A DNA stretch of 64,000 bases, taken from contig JAYWIR010000012.1 in NCBI GenBank assembly GCA_036172245.1, positions 930,001 to 994,000 of the forward strand, in the 5' to 3' direction. The notes under the pieces were generated by a model, which searched no databases, was not told where the DNA came from, and saw only the letters and a program-made list of their open reading frames with translations. Position numbers and translations under genes: made by a program. Positions 52,940 to 64,000 of this stretch are shown one piece after another. Origin of the DNA: Raillietiella orientalis (lineage: Eukaryota). Within the stretch, counting starts at the first letter, position 1. Every line of letters begins with the position of its first letter.

Positions 52940-53750
52940 GGTGCCAACCCCTCAACTGCGCAGTCCGCGGGAATCCCCGTAAAACGGTTTCTTAGTTACG
53001 AGCAAAAAATCTCGAATGGCTGAGTGCAGGAGCGACTTCTTCGGGTGGTTCCACGCTCTTTCTTGTAGTGCAGTCTCAGTGTACCTTCTTTCCCGGAAAA
53101 CAGGTGCATCGCGACGCTTTTTCTGGCGACTGCTTACCTCACAAACTCGTCTTTGTCTGCCAAACACTTCTGGAGTGCGCTGAAGATATCCAGGCGTATG
53201 GCTTCCGCCGCATGCAGTGGGTTGAGCAAGTGGCCATGCATAACGCTAGCGGCTCTTTGGCGATCGACTAGGCTTGCACTGCTCAGATTCTTCACCTAAA
53301 AGGGATGATTCTTGAGAGACGAATTCTCAACACGCATCCTCCAAACAGACACGAAGACCGAAGGCTTATCTAAAATGGTTCAGGGGCTTTTGTGTAAAAA
53401 AGTCCAAGGCCAGCCAATAAGAAAGAGGATCGGCCTTGTTCTCTCGGGACGTTGGGGTTTTCATGTAGACATTACGGATCTTCACCATGTGGTCCGCCGC
53501 CTTCATCCCGTGAATTAACTGCTACACCAGATGGCGGCTATTCTCGAAGCTTCCTGGCTTCAAAGAGGCTGCTTTAAGTCAGTTTACATCCGAGAAGGTT
53601 CTCGTCCATGTCTATGAAGGCAGAACTTCCGAACCTCTTGGCCAGAGAACGCACACTCTTCCACACGGGGCAGCAACGAACCTTTCTCGCGCCTTCAAGA
53701 ACGCAAGAGTTCGGTGTGTTTCAGAAAGAAGTGCGTTCGCTTCTGTTGCA
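52940..53750 (+). mobile_element. Decayed L1/Tx1-like RT C-terminal fragment
   Basis: RYPGVWL (cf. KYLGVxL) at ~53185-53205 within GC/CpG-rich, stop-riddled sequence resembling the other relics. Confidence 0.35.
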
Positions 53751-53759
53751 CCTCTGGAT

Positions 53760-56250
53760 CATGAAAGGATGCGCGCAAGCGAGGAGATAGGGGGCCAAAC
53801 TCCCTGGTGCTTTTGGTCAGTTCGGGTCGCTCGGCTGTCTCGATGAGACGCATGCGAACGCAGCTCGCCCACGCACACTCGCGTTCCGCATTGGCAGGTG
53901 CACGCGAGACCCGTCCCGGCAGCTCGAGGTTTCAGGAGCCCGGCTCGCGAAGGCAGCAACGGCCAGTCCAGCGCTCCGGATCCCTCCGAGTTTCGAGCGA
54001 TTCGCGCAGGAACCTCCTGTGGGAAGAGGTGGGATGTCTCTACTTCGGGTCGGCGTTCCACTTCATGCGAGGAGGTGACGTCCCGTGCAAGGGACTCGAC
54101 CTCCCAAGCGCAGCACGAAGGGTTCGTGGTCGGTGACGCGTGCCAGTAGGCGACTGCGGAGCAAAGAAGAGCAATTCCTGCCAATAGCCCGTCCTGCTCT
54201 GGAACGAGGGCGACGTATGATTGCACGACGAGCGGATGACGAGCAAAGCCGTAAGATTTTTCTCCTTCGGAAACATATGGGCACCGAAGAGGACTCTTGT
54301 TCCTCCTTCGGGTTCTTTCAACTCCCATCCATTGCTGCTGGCCGAAATTCCGGTCAGGGAAGAAGACCTTTGAGGACTACGTTCTCACTTGCCGGAACTC
54401 TTACGCGGAAGAGACAGGGAGTCCTCAGAGAGCAAGGAAGGCGGCAGGCTGCTGGAGAGGTCTGTCCTAAAGGGGATGCTGGTGGGAATCGGATGACCTG
54501 CGCAAACACACCTTCCCGCTACCCTAAACTTGGAATGGAAGCTGCGAACCGGGAGGAACCGGTAGTTTCCCAGCAGCGGGATTTGAAATGGACTGGTGGT
54601 GGACAGCTTCGGCCTGGGTCGAGAGATCCAGCTGACCCACTCTCCATCCCTTGGATCCCTGCTGCGGGGCGACAGTGGAGGGAACCTCAGAGGACCGAAG
54701 ACGCTGACATGAGGACGTGAAAACCATTCTGACTGGAAAAGGGGGAGGCGGAGATGGAGGGTGCGTGCAGAGGGAGCCACTGCGAGTTTTCGCGTTTCGT
54801 TCGTTTGAGATCACCTTTGGACGACCCTCGGAAAGGAACGGCGAGAGGAGCGTTCCGCAGAAGCCTTCACACAAAAGTATTTCGGGAAGAGGAGCGGCAA
54901 AAGGAAAGAAGGTAGAGGACAGGCTCCGGAGAGTGGCAAGGGTCCGAGTAAAGAGCAAAGTCGTGCGGAAGGAGCGAGGCTTCAGGATCGCGCGGAGCGT
55001 GCTGACACGAGGTCAGGTGAAACGCCGTCGTGGAAATCGCCCGGACACGAGTTTCGTGGTCCTGGAGAGAACGAGAGCGACTATCGTAGGTTTTCTGCCC
55101 TGTGCCCGGTTTTCTTGGGATCGGATGCTCTCAAACTGGCATCTTCAGACGTGTTTCTGGATCCAGGTTTCCGGGTGCCCGTCCCTTGCTGCAGTACAGA
55201 CATTGTCACGGAGAGTCGGTCGCTGCGGTGTCTTTCGCTCGGAGCGACCCGGTTTTCAGAGCTGATCCCATTCGGAGTTCTCCCGTTCGCCCAGATCACG
55301 CAAATTTGTCGAGACAGGACGTGTGAAGAGAGGAGGAACTCGAAGAAAGCTGCTCTTCTGGGAGACCCTTTGGCAACCAATCGAATTTTTCTTCTCCAGT
55401 CCCGCCTTTGTGGGTGCGCCCCTGCCTCTGACCCGTGGTGAAAACCTACGGGACAGAGGAGATTCGCAGATTCGCAGAACATCTCGAGGGACACCAGGAG
55501 GCCTCGAGCGTTTGCTCCATTAGTCTGCGTTCGTTGCCTGATCCCATGTTTGCATTGAGGTTGGCTTGTACAGCGGGGGCAGGTTCTTTGTGTCAAACAG
55601 TTCCAGCATTAAGAAACAACAGATCGGCGGCACTGTTGCTGCGATTTCCACTGAGCCAAGAAACATTCGAGCCAACACGCATTTTAGATGGAAGAAGCCA
55701 AAAAAAAATCCAAATTTCTTTTGAGAGAAGAGGTCATCGAGAATATCGCGGAAACTTCCTTCCCTGGTCAAGTACGATGTGCAGCGTCCGCGAAAAAGGT
55801 TGCCCAGGTTGCGTTTCGAAAGCACAAACGCTCCAAAAAGGGAAGAGGACCGAATTCCAACACCTTTCCGGTGTCCGACGAAGGTGCACAATTTCTGAAT
55901 CTTCCTGGTGATGATTTCATGAGCTCAGGCAGCTTCATCCGAAAGCGGGAATGCAGCCCCGATCGGAAAGCGTGAATCGACAGCGGGAGATTGCAGTGAA
56001 GAAGAGGCGATCTAGAAACATGGGGAGATCATCGAGGAACCCAGTGTCATCTTTGAGAGACAAGATGGTGAGAAAGCCGCATAAGGTCCAGAATTGCCAA
56101 CTTCACGGAATTCTTGATCAGTCGCAAAACGAGTCGCTCGCCCCGCTTGGAGCGCGCTCGCTGCACCGGCTTCCTGCACACGTCGAAAAGAAAAAAAAGT
56201 CTTGGAGATCATTTCACAGAACGGGATGGATGTACTAAAAGAACCTGAAG
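53760..56250. mobile_element. Nest of decayed non-LTR fragments (minus-strand ORF1/endonuclease start; plus-strand endonuclease-linker debris)
   Basis: Minus strand ~53910-53870 reads RVHLPMRNASVRG, similar to the HLGCINAKGLR endonuclease start at 21620. Plus strand ~55690 MEEAKKKSKFLLRE resembles the L1 ORF2 linker (WxxxKxxIK). Confidence 0.4.
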
Positions 56251-57479
56251 TGGTTCTCATCAAAAAAAGGTTCACCGCCCCAGCATCGATGAAGGTACCG
56301 AATTCAAGGAATCTGCACCCGTTCTCGATATACATATAAAGAACAAGCTGAAAATTCGATTTCGTGAAGCATCCTGAAGGACAACCAAAAGATCTGATGC
56401 GACTCTGTGATGAAACCGATCTGATTCTGTTCTCGATGTCCATTCATAGTATCATCATAAGAAAGTTTCTATAAGCACAAATTCAACATCTAATAGACAA
56501 TTGTCCGATGAGAATCCTCGAGCACCTTGGACGGGTTTCTCGGGATTCTTTGCATCCTTTCATAACTTGACCTTGACCTTGTCAAGGCATGTCTTGAAAA
56601 TCGACAAAGGAGATCTCGAGGGTTCATGTTTTCACGTTTCGGCTGGTTTTGGGAACTGGAGTCCACTTGTGATCAACACTCAAGGTCAACGCGCTTCTCA
56701 AATACGCATCGGATTTGCGTAATAAGGCGTGTGAAAGTTACGAGGTGTAGAGCAACAAAGATATCAAATGGGTGAGGTAAATGCAAGGAATGGAAAAAGG
56801 TGCGATTTCAACCACGTAGGCACTGAGAGCACCTTGATGATCATTAATCATCCAGGTCAACACTCCTATCTCAGCATGGATCGGCACCTTTCTGCTTCGC
56901 AAACCCACAGAGTTTTCGGAGCAAGAAGAACGAAGCAAAGTCGCTCCCGTATTCTCATTCTCAAAGTGAGCTTCGGGATGGTTCCTCGATCATCCTAACT
57001 GGTGAATCAGGGTGGTACAGAAAACAGAATCAGAAACATGCACCAAAAGACTGGAGCATCTCCGAGCACTTCTCCTCCTCTCTTTGGATTTTACAACGCG
57101 TTTCGCGCATTCAGGATGTAAGGCACTTTTGCGGCCGGTTTCCCACATGGCTCTTGGCGGGAATAAGCTGCCAGGGAAACCCGAGTTTATCTGCGGCAGA
57201 AGTTACAGCAGATCGATGATCACGAGCTGCGAGTCCTCAAACTTGAACTTCGATTAAAAGTGGGATTTTCTTTTCCAAAGCATTCGATCCCTGGATCACT
57301 TTCGTAATCCATCCCTGACTCTTTCATTAGTGATTCGCTTCCGTTTTCATTCTTTCTTTCCATGAAATCACCAAATCTTGCAAAGGGAATCGCAGTTTTG
57401 TATTTCCTTCTACACTGCTCGGATTCCTCTTCCGAATATTATTAGACGTTCTAGCACCATACATCAAAAGATTAACATT

Positions 57480-57517
57480 TGTTGGTAGTTGACATTTGCA
57501 AATGTCGACTGCCAACA
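57480..57517. repeat. 38-bp imperfect palindrome with no spacer
   Basis: TGTTGGTAGTTGACATTTG|CAAATGTCGACTGCCAACA; 17 of 19 pairs are Watson-Crick and both mismatches are T.G. Confidence 0.9.
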
Positions 57518-58238
57518 GCTATTAAAAGAGATTAATAGTTTCTTTTTTGTTTCCGTCTATTCGTGTCATTTGGGATAGCCTTCGAAATTTAAAATCCATC
57601 ATCCACTCAGTTTGTTTAACTATTTAATCCTTCCTGTTTCTTCCACGTTGGTGATTTCCATCTAATTACACAGAGCTCTATAGAGAGCTTGAGACTATAA
57701 TATTCTTGTAGACGGAAAGACGAAATTTCCCAAGAGGGTCCAGTCCATCTGAATTCCTTCCGAGATGAAATTTGTGTCCCGCTTGGGGTCCTGGCAATCC
57801 CCGGGAATGGAACAGCGGCAGAATGCGTCATCATCGGTGAGGTTTGCCATTTCGAAGTGTGCAGGTGTGTCTGCTCTCTCAAACTTTGTTTTGGAATGGA
57901 TTCAAGTGTAGATATTGGATGACAGTGCGTGCATCCATCTCCAAAGAGACGTTTTTTTTTTGTCTTGTAGCGGCAGACCTTTCAAGTAAATCAGTTGCGC
58001 GAGTGAAAATGCTTCATTTAATGTGAACTACCGAGGTGGTTTCGTCGAGGAAGATCCGGAACCCATTCTATAGGGCGATTCCCAAAGCTCCACTCGAAAC
58101 AGGCAATACAAGATTTCCATCATGATGAAAACATTACGTCCTCGCATTCAAAAGAACGGCACTGAGAAAGAGGAAAATGATCTTTTCGATTTCCTCAGAG
58201 AAACCCCAATATGTGGGCAAAGAAATGGAAGCTAATAG

Positions 58239-59156
58239 TACGAGGATCATTTCAAAATTAATTAAAGGCCGATTGGATCTAAAGAAAGAACAACAAATAA
58301 GAGAAACAAAAATGTATTGGTGGTTCCAAACACGTGCGTTCCCACGTCATTCTTCTACGTAGTCACCATTTTCTTGCAAAGACTTTTGATCCCGTGGAAG
58401 AAGCTTTTTGAAAGCCTCTGCATGAAATTCCGCCTCCTGGGAGTTCAGCAGCATTGCAGTTTTTAGCTCCTCATTTTCCTCGAATCGTTGAGATGGAAGA
58501 AGTCACTTCCTGAGGTGCAGGAAGGAAGACGTGGTAGTCACTGGGCTCGAGGTCAGGACTGTAAGGAGAGTGATCAAAACCTTCTCATTTGAATTTCTGA
58601 ATTTCCTGGGCAGCAGTGTGTGGGCGCGCGTCGTCGTGAAGGAGAACAATTCTTGATCTCAGCATTTCACGTCGTCGGTTCTGGATGGCACGGCGCAGTG
58701 TTGAAAGTGCTCCACAGTAGACTTGAGAAGTGATGGTGGTTGTTCCAGGCTCCATAAAGTTCACCAAAAGCACATCCTTTTGGTCCCACACACTGCTGTC
58801 TGCACATACCAGACAATTCGTAAGTTCAAATGGGAACTTTTCCCATCACCCACCTTACAGCCCTGACCTCGCGCCCAGTGACTATCACGTCTTCCTTCCT
58901 GCACCTCAAGAAGTGAAAAGGGGAAAGGGAGGAGTTGCAATGCTGCTGAACTGGCTGAGCTCCCAGGCGGCGGAATTTCATGCAAAGGCTTTCAAAAAGC
59001 TTCTTCCACGGTATCAAAAGTGTTTGGAAGAAAATGGTGACTACGTAGAAGAATGACGTGGGAATGCACGTGTTTGGAACCACCAATACATCACTTTTGT
59101 CTCTCTCATTTGTTCTTCATATCCGATCGGTCCTTACTTTTCAGATGCGCCTCGTG
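58239..59156. mobile_element. Fold-back mariner (Tc1/mariner DD34D type) derivative made of two inverted transposase 3' ends
   Basis: Minus strand 58795-58350: WDQKDVLLVNFMEPGTT..LHDDARPH..HSPYSPDLEPSDYH. Plus strand 58815-59056: HPPYSPDLAPSDYH..KLLPRYQKCLEENGDYVEE*. Ends TACGAGGATCATTTCAAAA (58239) and TTTTCAGATGCGCCTCGTG (59156) are degenerate mariner-like TIRs. Arms ~58239-58603 and ~58815-59156 are inverted copies. Confidence 0.9.
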
Positions 59157-61739
59157 CAACTTAGTAATTCAAAGAGGGTCACTAATCTCTATCAGTCGCT
59201 TGGACCCATACTTTATGTTATGTACAGTTTGATTTCTCAAGCCAAAGTCACAACATGAAATGTCGATTCGTAACATTCTTCTACATACCTCGATCGTCTA
59301 CACCTCTGAAACTGATGGGATGCTTTGATTGCGGTTTATCACTGAACGCAACCACTGAGACAGACCGTGGCTAAAGCAGAGAGCGTGTCATATTTGAGGT
59401 TTCTTAATGGATTAAAAAAAAGACTTCAACGGCATTTCTCTTACTGTGCAACTCATGGTTTACATGCACCTTGCTGTTTAAAATTTTTTTAATATCACTC
59501 GTCGAAACTAAGCTTAAAAATAATGACTTCTATTATATGTCCAATAATCTGACTTCAGGGGATTCGCCATACTCTATATTCGTATATATCCCCAGATACT
59601 TTTCAATTTCGAGCACCTTGAGCAAAATATATTCTGTTAAAGACTCAGAGGAATTCAAGGTATTTTTCAGAAGTGTATGTGAAAATTTCAAGCTGATTTT
59701 GCAACGTTCCTTAATTCCTTACATCTAGAGATTTTTTGCATGATGCCGACTTTGAATTTGCTGACTACTAGGAATGAATTGACGTGACCCTTTAGGAATA
59801 CTTTCACATGAAGTTCAAGTCACGGATTTTTTTTTTTTTTTCCGTTTCACATCGTTAAGCTATTGCTTAATTAAAGAATTGTATATGAAGCGATATGATA
59901 CCAAAAGTGGCAGTGCCCATCTTCCAAATGCAATGTTACATCTGATGATATCGTCAGAGAACATGTTTTAGTAATCCGTGGTTACTGCTCAGCTTGCCAA
60001 TTCCATCACATATAACTGTTTCTCATAAATTACTGCTTTCCACAAATATAGTCTGCTCTTCTGGAAAATTTGAATAAGGTCTCACTGTGTTACTTAGGCG
60101 ATCAATGCAGCAACCTGTAAACAATTTCAGCAGAGCCACCATCAGAATTATTTAAATCGATCTTGTGGATGTTGAAATGAAATGCAAATTTACAACAGAT
60201 GAAAGAACATAATATGTCTTATTCAAATCAACGGATTACTTTTAAACAGCAACTTGACGAGTATTATTGATGATTTTTCTGTGAATTTAGTTTAAGTAAA
60301 TGTTACGCTTAATGTAATGTTATACTTTCTTGCGATATTTCTCTGAGAAATTGTTTTAGAAATTCTAATGACGACTATTAGTTTTAAACATCTTAAAAGT
60401 AAAAAACGCTTCAGTTCGAAAGACCACCTGGCAGTCTATTCAGGAGCCAGAGAAAAGATTCCCAAAAGTTGAGAAGGAAAGAGTTCAGAAGGAAAAAATA
60501 GTGAGATGAGGACATAATAAGGAAATTGGCAAAAGTTTGCTTAAAATGTTCTCTGTGAAATGTTTGAAACTTGGTATGGAATTAAATTGTTTGCTGAAGC
60601 TTCTCAGTACTCCTTGTAGCTAGAAAATCACAGAAAATCAAATATCTGAGTTGACATTGGTAACCAAACTTGCCAGTAGCAGTTCATTTCGTTTTCTCAG
60701 AGTTCCATATTTGTTCAGAATGAAATCGAAAATCTGATCTTTCCAAGAAAAACGTTTGCTTTCTGAATTGATTGCTCGCATTTCATTTTTTCCCTTGATA
60801 AATTTAAGAAATCATACTTAGAAAGACTTTAAACATTCGTGAGCAGAAAGTATCTCGAGGTTAAGTCAATATATTTAACAATCCTCCAGCATGTTAATAA
60901 AAATGTTTACACAAATTCCATGATAAGCTTTCTTAACTAAAGTGCAAGGCATTTTGAGCTTGTGCTGTCAGCTAACTGTAATAAGTAACACATTAAAAAA
61001 ACGAGTTTTTTCATTTATGTTTTAACTCAGATTCTAGAATCGTTCAATAGGTAGTTTTTGATGTTTCCTAAAGATAATTAATTCAAACTCATATATTTGA
61101 AGAGATGCAGCATTTTTCAAACAAAAGAGTATGAATGAAATGCTCTCTATAGTAATGTTTACATTTTAACAGTGCAGGATCAGTAATTGCAAAATTCATT
61201 AAAACACCTTGAACATACCAAAAAATTAGATGTCTTGATATGATAGCAAACCAATACAGAAAAAACGTCTTTAAAATACAAGCGGTAAAAGAATATGCAA
61301 TGAACTGTCTAATTCAATTGCCGTGTTGAAAAACTAAGTAATGTCTTTGTCAGCGTTTGCTTATCGGCCATTGAGAAACGTGGCTTAATGAGAAGATTCA
61401 AAACTCAACGCTAGTTCAAGCTTGTGAGTTTTCGTGTTTTGCAAATGAAAATCGCCTCGAATTTTGATTTCGAAAAACAACATGAAAACCTTGACCCCTA
61501 GTGACCAGAAACATCCGTTGCGTAGTTCTATGATCATGAAAAAAGTTGGTGGAAAATCGAAATCTTATGCTGAAAAGTTGCAAAACTTTAGGACCTATAT
61601 TCACCGAACACAACTCTTTGTTTTAAGAATTACAGATGCGCACTATGTATTACAGAGTTCAAAGTTTTGAGGAATCTGCAACTTGAGATCGTTAAATTTC
61701 GGTTTCTTTTTGTCCTCCGGATGTCTAAACGACGCTTAT

Positions 61740-62600
61740 GTTTCTGGCGTTGCCACCACATTTGAGTGTTTTCCCTCGGCCCTCACTGGGGAGTTTGTTG
61801 CTATGATGAACTTCCGATGAACTGAAGCGGCAAAGAAGCAAATCAGGGATCCACCTCCTAACAAGTTCCAAGAGTCTCTGGAGCAAGGGTGTCAAACTGG
61901 CGACACGCTGGCCACGTGCGGCCCTCGATGTGATTGTATGTGGCCTGCGATGCTCTGAAATAAAATGAAGAAACAGAAGAGTATGTTACGAAGAAAATAG
62001 CGAGTAACAGTCGCGTCGTTGCTATGTCATATGCGCTATGATGCACTGGCCAACTGTGAGAGACGAAGTCCAAATGCAGAGTTTACCCCGAGTTTTTGTA
62101 GATTTAACGAATTTTAATGAAAGGCATTTGCGCTAGTTTCTTGTCACGATCGGCGTGCCAAAGATTTGTGGGTTGTGCTTCTTTTATAACTTATTTAAAA
62201 AATGTGAAAGTAGTTACGGTTATTTGAATTTTCGAAATTTATATTAAACCCCTATTTTTTATATTTTAAAAAAATTTGTAAATGTCATGTGGCCCGCGTG
62301 AATCTTACCAGTCGCATTAAATGGCCTGCGGTTGAAATCAGTTTGGCACACCTGTTCTGTAGGGTCGGCTCCTTGCACCGCTCGTCCATCCCAATTCCTT
62401 TGCCTTGGGCGGTGGGCAGTGTACCACAGACCTACCCATACTACTTGACGACCTGCAAGGCAAGGCGGCTGAGAAGTCCGTCAGCAGGCCCCACTCCCCG
62501 GAGACCCTTGGGAGCGCGGCTGCAACGCGTGGTCGGAAAGCCAGAAGGCGTTGCGAGAGTGGCGGAACCGACTAGGAATCGTTTCCTTTTCGATGGCATT
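61740..62600 (+). mobile_element. Non-LTR RT fragment interrupted by the hAT MITE
   Basis: Left of the MITE: VFPSALTGEFVAMM and GIHLLTSSKSL (cf. FPxS..LI and RPISLL..KIL). Right of the MITE: LAPLVHPNSF..GQCTTDLPILLDDL (cf. L..LIHPxQxGF..GR..D..LL). Motif order is continuous across the insertion. Confidence 0.5.
61884..62354. mobile_element. hAT (Charlie/SPIN-type) non-autonomous MITE, 471 bp
   Basis: TIRs CAAGGGTGTCAAACT / AGTTTGGCACACCTG (12 of 15 match), sub-terminal GGCC(C/T)GCG-like motifs at both ends, and 8-bp TSD-like flanks CTCTGGAG (61876-61883) and TTCTGTAG (62355-62362). Confidence 0.85.
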
Positions 62601-62882
62601 TAGAATCATTAAATCTGATTAGCACTTAGTTGAACGAATTATCAACAAAAAGGCAAGTTATCTTATATCGGGTATTGTTTTGTTTTTTTTCCTTCCTTCC
62701 TTTGACTCTACGTAGCTAAGGATTAACAAGTCCTTAACTCGTAAAGCGTATGGTGCGTAGCTGGATTTTGTGTGCACAGCGTGGGGGCTTTTTGTGTCTT
62801 GAGTTTTCACGTGGTTGCCATCCGTCAAAACTTTTAAGCATGATTTTTCCCAATGGAATTTTGAAGGTTTTTTCTTTTGCAG

Positions 62883-63601
62883 ATGCATTCTCAAGAGGAA
62901 CTGAAAGTATTAACCATAGGAGAGATTGTTCAGTCTCTGATTCAAGCACATAAAACAGGCACCGATGTCAATTTGAATAAGTTGAAAAGTTCAATCTCTT
63001 CCAAATATGGATTAAAAACTTCTCCCAAACTTGTGGAGATAATAGCAGCTGTTCCAAATGAATATAGTAAATCTCTGCTTCCTAAATTGAAAGCAAAGCC
63101 GATAAGAACAGCTAGTGGAGTAAGTACATTCTGTGTAAACATAGAATATAAAGAATTAGCTCATTCAGTAAATAAAAATTTCAGAATCACCCCAACATGT
63201 TGCTTTTTCTTAGTGTTTCATTTATTTTTGTTTGTTTGCACACACATTAACAGGATAATGTTGATTGCTTAAATGTTATAAACTTAATTCACATGTTTCA
63301 AACCATTTCATGAATTGGTATGTTTCATTGCTTCATACATGCATATGAACAAAAGATAATTCAAGTAATGTCTAGATCTTTGATTTATGATTTACAGATT
63401 GCTGTTATAGCAGTAATGTGTAAACCCCACCGGTGCCCACATATAAATATGACAGGAAATATTTGTGTATACTGCCCAGGAGGTCCAGATTCAGATTTCG
63501 AGTATTCTACACAATCATATACAGGTTATGAACCTACTTCAATGAGAGCTATTCGTGCTCATTATGATCCTTATTTGCAAACCCGGCATCGTATTGAACA
63601 G
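62883..63601 (+). CDS. ELP3: Elongator complex protein 3 (radical SAM / acetyltransferase), 5' part; continues beyond the window
   Basis: Exons 62883-63119 and 63398-63601: [101 protein letters not shown] donor follows at 63602. Confidence 0.97.
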
Positions 63602-64000
63602 GTGAGTGTTGACAAATTCAGTTCCAGTCTTGTAGATTTATATTTCCCTACTTTGATCTTGTGAAGCTTCTATATCATCTTTAGTTTGGTGTTTGAGCTT
63701 CACAGCACTTTATCCATACTGTTGTAATCTTTCTGATTTATATTGCTTTGCTATTGGTTATATTGATGTGAAGTGTGATTGCCACTGTTCAAAAGCTTAG
63801 GACTTTGGTTTGTTGATTAAATTCACTGCTTACTTATTACATGGCAGATGTAGCTTTGATCAAATGAAGTTCATATTTGATTAGTGTTGTGTTGTATTTC
63901 TTTGTACAAAACTTTGTAACCTAAAATGGAGGAGTGTGTATGCTGGTTATTACTTTTTATTTGTTTCTGTGATTAATGTGAACAAAAAAGTTAACCAAAT

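Noticed and set aside
59200..61500. CpG-poor AT-rich stretch with a few exon-like pieces
   Set aside because: No continuous spliced frame or recognisable protein motif found.
62361..62575. GC-rich segment folding into several helices, first considered a structured ncRNA (SRP, RNase P or MRP-like)
   Set aside because: No diagnostic conserved boxes, wobble pairs do not favour one strand, and one frame reads as LINE RT (LAPLVHPNSF..TDLPILLDDL).

Overview
Eukaryotic (invertebrate animal) nuclear DNA with many very short (~40-60 nt) GT-AG introns; the species cannot be determined from the sequence alone. AT-rich, CpG-poor gene islands alternate with three CpG-rich nests of decayed transposons (~0.1-5.4, ~19.5-31.1 and ~50.3-59.2 kb). 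Well-supported genes: AHI1/jouberin (-), phosphorylase kinase beta PHKB (+), a C8orf82/UPF0598 homolog (-), CNOT4 (+), an RSPH14-like ARM protein (-) and the 5' part of ELP3 (+). A divergent RhoGAP-like gene (-) is tentative. The nests are mostly frameshifted L1/Tx1-like non-LTR retrotransposon relics, plus an RTE-like RT relic, a fold-back mariner derivative built from two 3' ends, a hAT-type MITE and an AT-rich MITE. Also present: a nuclear copy of the mitochondrial 12S rRNA 3' end, several near-perfect hairpins, and a CpG-rich island with an aminotransferase-like relic inside the long CNOT4 intron. I found no convincing previously undescribed multi-gene system. All homology calls are by recalled motif recognition, not database searches, and TE boundaries are approximate.
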